Source: an uncultured virus (IMG/VR IMGVR_UViG_3300046524_000154) (lineage: Duplodnaviria > Heunggongvirae > Uroviricota > Caudoviricetes). From it: DNA of 64,000 bases. The position numbers and the translations under genes were made by a program. The stretch lies in the IMG/VR virus record IMGVR_UViG_3300046524_000154. One strand, written 5' to 3'. Positions 61,700 through 64,000 of the stretch are shown here, one piece after another. Within the stretch, counting starts at the first letter, position 1, and each line of letters begins with the position of its first letter. The notes beneath the pieces are model-generated. The model was given only the letters and a program-made list of their open reading frames with translations, did no database searches and was not told where the DNA came from.

Positions 61700-64000
61700 C
61701 AGCGTGTCAACGTTTTAACCGTGTTGTAGACCTGGCCGCCAGGTGTGGAGTGCTTCGCGATAATGCCCAGCACCGCGGACTCCAGCTCCTTCTGCAGCGA
61801 GCCGTCCTGCGCGCTCTTGTTCATGCTGCTTTGCTGGCCGCCTTGACTGCGCGCATCGACTGCGATCGAGACGCTGGTTCCGCCATTGCCAGAGCCGCTG
61901 GCGTAAGGAGAGCCGCCTACGACGCCGCCGTCAGCGAAGCGCGATGCGCCCTTGTTTGCAGCGTCGATGCGGTTACGGCCGAGCCGCTTGACTGCGTCCG
62001 CGTTCAGCACAGCCTCGCCGTGCGACAGACGTACAAGCGCGGTATCGTCGCGCGAGCCGCCCGGCGCCGTGACGTAGCCCTTCGAATCAATAAAGCTCGT
62101 GCCGTCGGCGTGTCCGCTGTAGCCGCTGATCAGGTCATCCGGCGTACTGGTCGCTGCCGCGCCTGCATTCTCGCTGCCGGCCGCCCCACCGAACGCACTA
62201 ACAGCCAGACCGACCAGCTTCTGGATTGCGTACACAGCCAGCAGCTGCTCGATCGCATACGCCGCGAAGTTCTTGAAAGCGTCCTTGCCCCCGGACGTCG
62301 CCGCCACCACTCCCGTGTAAAACAGGCCGGTGAACTGGGTGGCGTTCATACCGAGCGCGCTAAACGTCTCAGTACCAGTCGCCTTGAAGGACTTAAGGCT
62401 GTCGTTCGCTGCGTCGAGCTGCGCGGTAATGGAGTCGCGACCGGAGCCCTTATAGCCGCTGATCAGGTCATCAGGTGTGCTGGTGGAAGATGCGCCGAGA
62501 GCCTCGCTGCCGAGGTTCGAGCTGCCCGGCAGCGCTGCGTTGCCGACTGGGCCGCTCGGCGTGATCGTGCCGTTCGCGAGGCCGATAAGCTGCCTCAGCA
62601 GGTCGGGGATCGTAACGTTCAGCGCGTCCGTCATCGACTGTGTGTTCAGCGCCAGATCCTTCTGAGCCTGATCACGCGCGGCGTCAGCCTGCGACGTCGC
62701 CCCGGTCGCCTTGAGCAGATCCTGGAAGGCCTTCAGCTGCGTCTCAGTCATCGACTTCGACAGCTGGCTCGTGATCGAGTCGTACAGGCCGCCGCCGATG
62801 TTCGACGTGTAGTCGCGCAGCGTGTACTTGCTCGCTGCCTGCGGACTCTTGAGCGACTGGAACAGCGACTCATTGGCCTTTTGCGTGCCAGAGCTGAAGC
62901 CCGACACGACCTGATCGGCCAACGTCGTGCGACCTTTCTCCAGCGATGCGATCTGCGCGTCGACCGCGTTCAACGTCTGCTGGTAGATGTTCGCGAGCGT
63001 GGTCGCGTTGTCCATCAGCAGCTTCTGGCGGTCCTGCTCGATCGCGTAGATCTGTGTCGCAAGCGACAGCACGTTGGCCTGCCGGGCGAGCGCGAGCGTC
63101 TCCTGATCGGCGCCCGACTGCACCAGCTGCTGGTACTGCACAGCCTGGTCGTACTGGGCCTTCTGAGTCACCGCGCGCTCGGCCGCGTCGTCCAGCGCGT
63201 TCTGGTCGAATGCGTTGGCCGTGCCGTACAGCGTGTTCAGATCCTTAAGGATCGTGCCGCGCGCGGCAATGATCGTGTTGATGTTCGTCAGCCGCTCGGC
63301 GATCGCACGCTGAACTTCCTGCTCTTCGTAGTCGAGTTGAATCTGCTGCAGCTTTGCCTGATGCTGTCGCTCCAGACCTCGCAGCGATGCCTCCAGCGAT
63401 GCCTTGCTGTCGGCGTTGCCGTTGCGCTGCGCGTTCTGGATTTCCTTCAGGATCTTCTGGCGCGACGCCTCGTAGCTCGACTGCTCCGCCGTAACCTGCA
63501 GCGTCTCGATCTGCGCGTATTTTTGCTCGTCGATCGCGATACCGAGGTTCTTGAGGATTGCCAAACGATCTTGGGCCGTCTTTAGGGCAGCGGCGTCCTG
63601 CTTGGCGATCTCCTGCGCGGCGTTGTAGTTGGTCGGGTCGATGTGCCCGCGCGGCGTCTTCTTATCGTGATACTTCGCGTTGGCCTTGGCGACCAGGTCG
63701 TCGACGTCCTGCTGCGAGATGCCGCCGTTGGCTACACCGAGATCGACGAGCGGCTGCAGTCCTTGGCGAAGCCGTTGCTCTTCCGCCGCGCGCTTGTCAG
63801 CCGGCGTGGCAAGTTTCTTACGCTCCGCGTCGAGCAGCTGCTGCGCGGTCACTTGCGCGCGTGTCGCCTGCGTCTGCTCGCCCTTTTGCTTGGCAATGAA
63901 CTCTTCGTACTTCAGCTGCTCCTGCAGGAAGTAGAGCTGCTTCTCCTTCTCGGACGTGTCGTTCATCTCGACGCCACCGGCGCCGTCCTGCGTCGGGCCT
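61699..64000 (-). CDS. tail tape measure protein (5' end outside the window)
   Basis: Long Ala/Gln helical ORF open to the window edge; C-terminal G.SRDD...LSHGE.VLNA.AV...FADGG.VG. Confidence 0.9.
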   Translation of the reverse strand, partial: GPTQDGAGGVEMNDTSEKEKQLYFLQEQLKYEEFIAKQKGEQTQATRAQVTAQQLLDAERKKLATPADKRAAEEQRLRQGLQPLVDLGVANGGISQQDVDDLVAKANAKYHDKKTPRGHIDPTNYNAAQEIAKQDAAALKTAQDRLAILKNLGIAIDEQKYAQIETLQVTAEQSSYEASRQKILKEIQNAQRNGNADSKASLEASLRGLERQHQAKLQQIQLDYEEQEVQRAIAERLTNINTIIAARGTILKDLNTLYGTANAFDQNALDDAAERAVTQKAQYDQAVQYQQLVQSGADQETLALARQANVLSLATQIYAIEQDRQKLLMDNATTLANIYQQTLNAVDAQIASLEKGRTTLADQVVSGFSSGTQKANESLFQSLKSPQAASKYTLRDYTSNIGGGLYDSITSQLSKSMTETQLKAFQDLLKATGATSQADAARDQAQKDLALNTQSMTDALNVTIPDLLRQLIGLANGTITPSGPVGNAALPGSSNLGSEALGASSTSTPDDLISGYKGSGRDSITAQLDAANDSLKSFKATGTETFSALGMNATQFTGLFYTGVVAATSGGKDAFKNFAAYAIEQLLAVYAIQKLVGLAVSAFGGAAGSENAGAAATSTPDDLISGYSGHADGTSFIDSKGYVTAPGGSRDDTALVRLSHGEAVLNADAVKRLGRNRIDAANKGASRFADGGVVGGSPYASGSGNGGTSVSIAVDARSQGGQQSSMNKSAQDGSLQKELESAVLGIIAKHSTPGGQVYNTVKTLTR

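Noticed and set aside
1..64000. tRNA/rRNA genes, integrase, transposase, introns or inteins
   Set aside because: None recognised by eye. PolA, helicases and ThyA appear uninterrupted. A tRNAscan/Infernal run would be needed to exclude small RNAs.

Overview
This is a 64 kb segment of a GC-rich dsDNA tailed phage genome with lambda-like siphovirus tail genes. No integrase or recognisable repressor is visible in the window. A Burkholderiales host is suggested only by a Bv3F-type H-NS gene. Layout: (1) 1-1.5 kb has short ORFs and a repeat- and hairpin-rich AT-rich non-coding region (origin- or packaging-site-like). (2) 1.5-25 kb on + has about 55 small early/host-takeover-type genes. (3) 25-46.3 kb on + is a replication, recombination and nucleotide module: SNF2-like helicase, AEP primase-helicase, DEDDh exonuclease, dNMP kinase, full-length PolA, TraR-like factor, RecU-like resolvase, Dda-like helicase, ligase, HD hydrolase, SbcCD, a C5-MTase-like protein and ThyA. 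(4) 47-64 kb on - has lysis genes, tail fibres, tail tip J/I/K/L/M and a partial tape measure. The most striking signal is the palindrome TCGGAAATTTCCGA. I counted by eye 28 exact and 5 single-mismatch copies, all in the first 18.5 kb and none afterwards. Most sit between the stop codon of one small gene and the AGGAG ribosome-binding site of the next, so the early region looks like an array of single-gene cassettes, with duplicated and fused modules. Other notable items are an H-NS whose RGR AT-hook is replaced by YGH, a tandem BRO-N-like protein, and an FAD-oxidoreductase/CBM-like gene inside the tail cluster. All family calls come from motif recognition by eye; no searches were run.
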